Part shown: positions 60,513 to 64,000 of the stretch, piece after piece | Numbering within the stretch: the stretch's first letter is position 1 | How the letters are laid out: every line of letters begins with the position of its first letter | Assembly (NCBI GenBank): GCA_010909165.1 | Contig: MU008202.1 | Location: 124,001-188,000 of the forward strand | Length of the DNA: 64,000 nt | Direction: 5' to 3' | From: Anthoceros angustus | Lineage: Eukaryota > Plantae > Anthocerotophyta | Position numbers and translations under genes: made by a program | The notes under the pieces: generated by a model | Told to the model about the DNA's origin: nothing | The model's input: only the letters and a program-made list of their open reading frames with translations | Database searches by the model: none

Positions 60513-61753
60513 AGAGTTAAACAGCCTCGATTCGTGAGATGAATTTGAGATCGTGAGGATGAGATCAAAATTGGCTGTCTTCATTCTCCTAGCACTAGTA
60601 CATGTAGCAGTGTATGGCACACACACCAAGAACATCACAATAACTAATACGGTTTCGCGGATCAACGTTTCTATACCTATTTAAATACCCAAATACCTAA
60701 TTATCGGTGAATTATCTGATTTACCTTGTTTATAAATATTAATCTAGAATTTAGTTAACTGAGCATGTTACTTGTCTTCCCATTCCGGTCTGTCGTCGTC
60801 TAATCCGTCCGACTGTGGGAAGCGAAAAATAGAAGTTTCTTTCTATACCTAATTCAAAGTTGATATAAATCTATGAATATTCCAAATCCAAATCCTATGT
60901 AACTAAGACTTCGCTGAGTTGAGTGATTTCTCCCCATCCCCATCCATTCAACATACTAAATATTTGTGAATAGTGCGGAAATGGTCTTTCTCTCTATAAG
61001 TAGCCGCTAGGCTTGCAATTCCTTAGAGATATTAGTAGGTAGGTATGTCAAATACTTCAACGTAATAATTGTCCAATCGCAGTGTTTAAGAAAGCTTTGT
61101 CGAACGTATTTGAGAATGAAGAAGAAGAAGAATTTTATTTAAGACCACTAAGAATGGATTTCCGTCATGGGACTTGGTACTTAACAACTTGTACCATGGT
61201 ATGCCTAATCTACTTGCACCAAGGGCATCTCCTCCCTTTAGGCACCCCATCTAAGTACCAACAACAACTTTATTTATGTTCACTGGGGTGGAAAAACCAC
61301 CATGAGACAGAACTTGTACAGCCGTAACTTAGATGAAGGAGGGTGTACACATACGTACGTCTGAACTAGAGAAACAGAAACAGGGAAAATAAAAGGCAGA
61401 GGTTTGACAAGAAACTTACAGGGGGCCGAGCAAGGACAACCTGCGATCAAGCATCTCAGAAAGACGTAGAGCAGAGAGCTTGGGAATATGAAAGCTTGGG
61501 AATATGAAAGGGAAAAAAGCGCAGCAGGGAAAACCCTGCACACTAAAAAAGGAGAGAGTATTTGGCCCGGATGTCGTTAAAAGCAGGGCAATAAAAGAGA
61601 GTGCATTTCGCAGTACCGATCTAAGCGCAAGATGCTTAATCACGACATTCTTATAAATGTGTGTCCATTTGGCCTTAGGATAAATGGATGGGAACATGTG
61701 AATGGATGGGATATATTTGTCCATACTTTTCCTGCTATTGCTGGTCACGTCTA

Positions 61754-62260
61754 GAGGAGCGCTGTGAAATGTGGAAGCCATGATGCGATGCTGCTGCTGA
61801 GTGCGTTGCTATGAAGATCCAGAACCGTCAGCTTGATGAGGTTCACCAACTCGAAGGGGATAGTGCTTGTGTGTTCATTCTCTTGTGTGCCAGTCTAACT
61901 CGTGAAGTCATATGGATCTGCAGCCACACCATCATTTCTAGTACTATCACTCCGAAGCTAAACACGTCTGAATCCTCCCGGGCCCCCACTTCGGAGGTTT
62001 CCTGGCATGGATTTAGGAGCCCAGTATCCCATTGTCCCTACGCATTCCTGCACTTGAGGTTAGCCTGACTTGAATCACACAATCCTACAAAGCTTTGCTT
62101 CCAAGGTCAAGTTGCTTCACATGCAGACTACGTTGCACCAGACAGTACTGTGTGTGCACTAACTTGCCCCTCGAGTGACTGTTTGGGAGAGCTTGTCCTT
62201 GTCCATAGCAACTACCAGCCCAAATCACCCAATCGAGGAATAAAGCTGCCTCAGCTGCTG
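61754..62260 (-). pseudogene. LRR-receptor-kinase debris (kinase VII-IX fragments followed by an LRR fragment)
   Basis: RLGD(F)GL-like at ~62220-62240; VGTMGYWAP from 62041; SDVFSFGVIVLEM at 61930-61975; TIPFELVNLIKLTVLDLHSNALSSSI at 61864-61790. Confidence 0.7.
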
Positions 62261-63171
62261 GGTCACGGCCGAATAGACTAGTCAATCCAGGCATGGACGG
62301 TGTTGCGAGCTGCGATTCTTGATGGAAGCTTTTGCGAGAGGGCAGTGGAATTCGGCACTGGGTGGCAGCCCACAACACTCGCCTTCATCTGGCAGAGCTC
62401 TGCGCGCTCACGATAACGAATGTTGAGCCTGAGAGAAATTTGTGATCGATCCACAGGCTCACGTTCTGGCTGTGCTTGCTCCTGCTCCTGACTATCCCAA
62501 CTTCAACGCGTACGGCCTGTCAATGTGTCCTCGTTGCCATATCAATGGGTGCCGTTACGATCGCCATCGTATCCAAAACCGAGCCAACATTCATGGAGTC
62601 ATGTTTCCGGCATCAATCACAGTTTTGAATCTTTATAGGTTAGATTTTATATTATCTGGTAATGAAAAAACCTTATATTTATAAAAAAATATAATATATA
62701 AATAATTTTGAATAGTATGATTTCTTACAGCATAACTAAAAATATTTGAAAGGATACTCTAAATATTGCTTTGTTTACGAGGGTCGAAACTATATGCAAG
62801 GTAGGTATAGAAATTGAAGGGATAGTGCCAGCTACAATAAGTTTGTATGATTATAAATTGTCATTGCGTGTGGTCCTGTATGGCCAATGCATTTGCTCCC
62901 GCAAAAAGTGATAAAAAGCACCAACTTAGAACACGTATTACTAGGCAACTATTTAAAATATTACAGTGTAGTACAAGGCTGCACAATGAAATCATTAAAA
63001 AAATTTTGTCTAACGCTATTCGAGAATTTATGAGAGATTTTACAATACCTTTTCAATATCCATGAGGTTCAACTACCATTCAAAATTTTATCTTAGACCA
63101 ATATGTCACAAGGCATGTCAATATGATACAATGTGTTCTTGATTTGTTTGGTTATCAATTTGTATCTCACC

Positions 63172-63642
63172 ATGATTCCAAATATCTTCAAATTTCTTGG
63201 GCTTTTGCTTCACTTTTTTTACTTTTTTAAAATTACCAATGAGCAACCATTTGTATTTGACAGACATGGATGTTACAGACCTATATTGGATCCTTTAGAT
63301 ATAGGATTAGTTGTTATAAGATTTAATGTGATACAAATGTTACTAGAGATGTATAAGCTACCCAAACCAAGACCTCAACCAGATTCTTTGGAGTTTTATG
63401 TGCATACAAAGTTGCCTGAATTTGATGGAACACTATTCTGTCCGGATAACCCGCGTGATACACCACAACAATTACAAGCAAGGACAAAGCAATGTCATTC
63501 ATGCGTGGCATATGGGGTAGAGTTGCTGATGGACAAGTTATGTAAGTCTTACTCTAGTGCAAGTCTTTTATTCGATGAATGCTTCGTGGCTTATGAATAT
63601 GTTAAAATTGGAGGAGATTATTGTCCAATGCCGAAAAACTAA
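63172..63642 (+). CDS. Secreted single-DUF26 (Gnk2-like) cysteine-rich protein, paralog 2 (intronless)
   Basis: MIPNIFKFLGLLLHFFYFFKITNE signal-like N-terminus; GTLFC-X17-CHSC-X12-C..ASLLFDECFVAYE; colinear with 59320-59790. Confidence 0.72.
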   Translation: MIPNIFKFLGLLLHFFYFFKITNEQPFVFDRHGCYRPILDPLDIGLVVIRFNVIQMLLEMYKLPKPRPQPDSLEFYVHTKLPEFDGTLFCPDNPRDTPQQLQARTKQCHSCVAYGVELLMDKLCKSYSSASLLFDECFVAYEYVKIGGDYCPMPKN

Positions 63643-64000
63643 ATTGTAAGAGGACAATCTATATCATTGGACGAATTTGGTAACCAAGTGGCAATGTTGA
63701 ATACATAATGAACAAAAGATCCATATTTCAATAAAATAAGTCACTTGAATTTTATCAATAATCTAAGTTTTTCCTTATTATTTCAATAATCTAAGGCTGT
63801 CCTTATAATTTTAGGAGACCCAACTTCCACTTTTATGGAGACCATGTACATCAAAACAAATACAAGTGATGTGATAGGTGGATCTCAACTTGTAAAACTT
63901 TGAGCATACTTGCAAAGTCTTCGGATCTTAGGAGTGAATTGTGTACTCTAAGCTTTCTATCCAAGAAATCTTGAAGAGAAGATTAGATGTCAACAATAAC

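Overview
Plant nuclear DNA. Short (~85-105 bp) GT-AG introns, tightly packed genes, a PLS-type PPR gene and single-DUF26 genes suggest an early-diverging land plant such as a hornwort; this is inference. The left half (1-36.8 kb) is accessory and rearranged. It holds a foldback repeat, several tandem arrays, an intron-bearing OEP80/TOC75-V gene fragment, and an ARABIDILLO (F-box/LRR/ARM) gene. It also holds a gag-protease-only Copia element nested in the RT of a 5'-truncated Athila-like Gypsy that carries an extra ORF, and a tandem segmental duplication that left SLY1, phosphoglucomutase-like and ARABIDILLO debris. The right half is a dense gene block: SLY1, a PGM/PMM-family gene, an E+ PLS-PPR, an AHK1-like histidine kinase, an unknown plastid-type coiled-coil gene, cpSRP43, and two tandem secreted DUF26-like genes with LRR/kinase remnants between them. 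The most novel signal is a family of cut-and-paste-like DNA elements, with two diverged copies at 2015-4338 and 13686-17036. Both have ~29-30 bp TIRs starting AACA, 4-bp TSDs each confirmed by an empty-site copy inside this window, and two homologous head-to-head gene remnants flanking a GCCGGCCGGCGCC-rich core. Many 1-bp indels in duplicated regions look like long-read consensus errors, so frameshift-based pseudogene calls are provisional.
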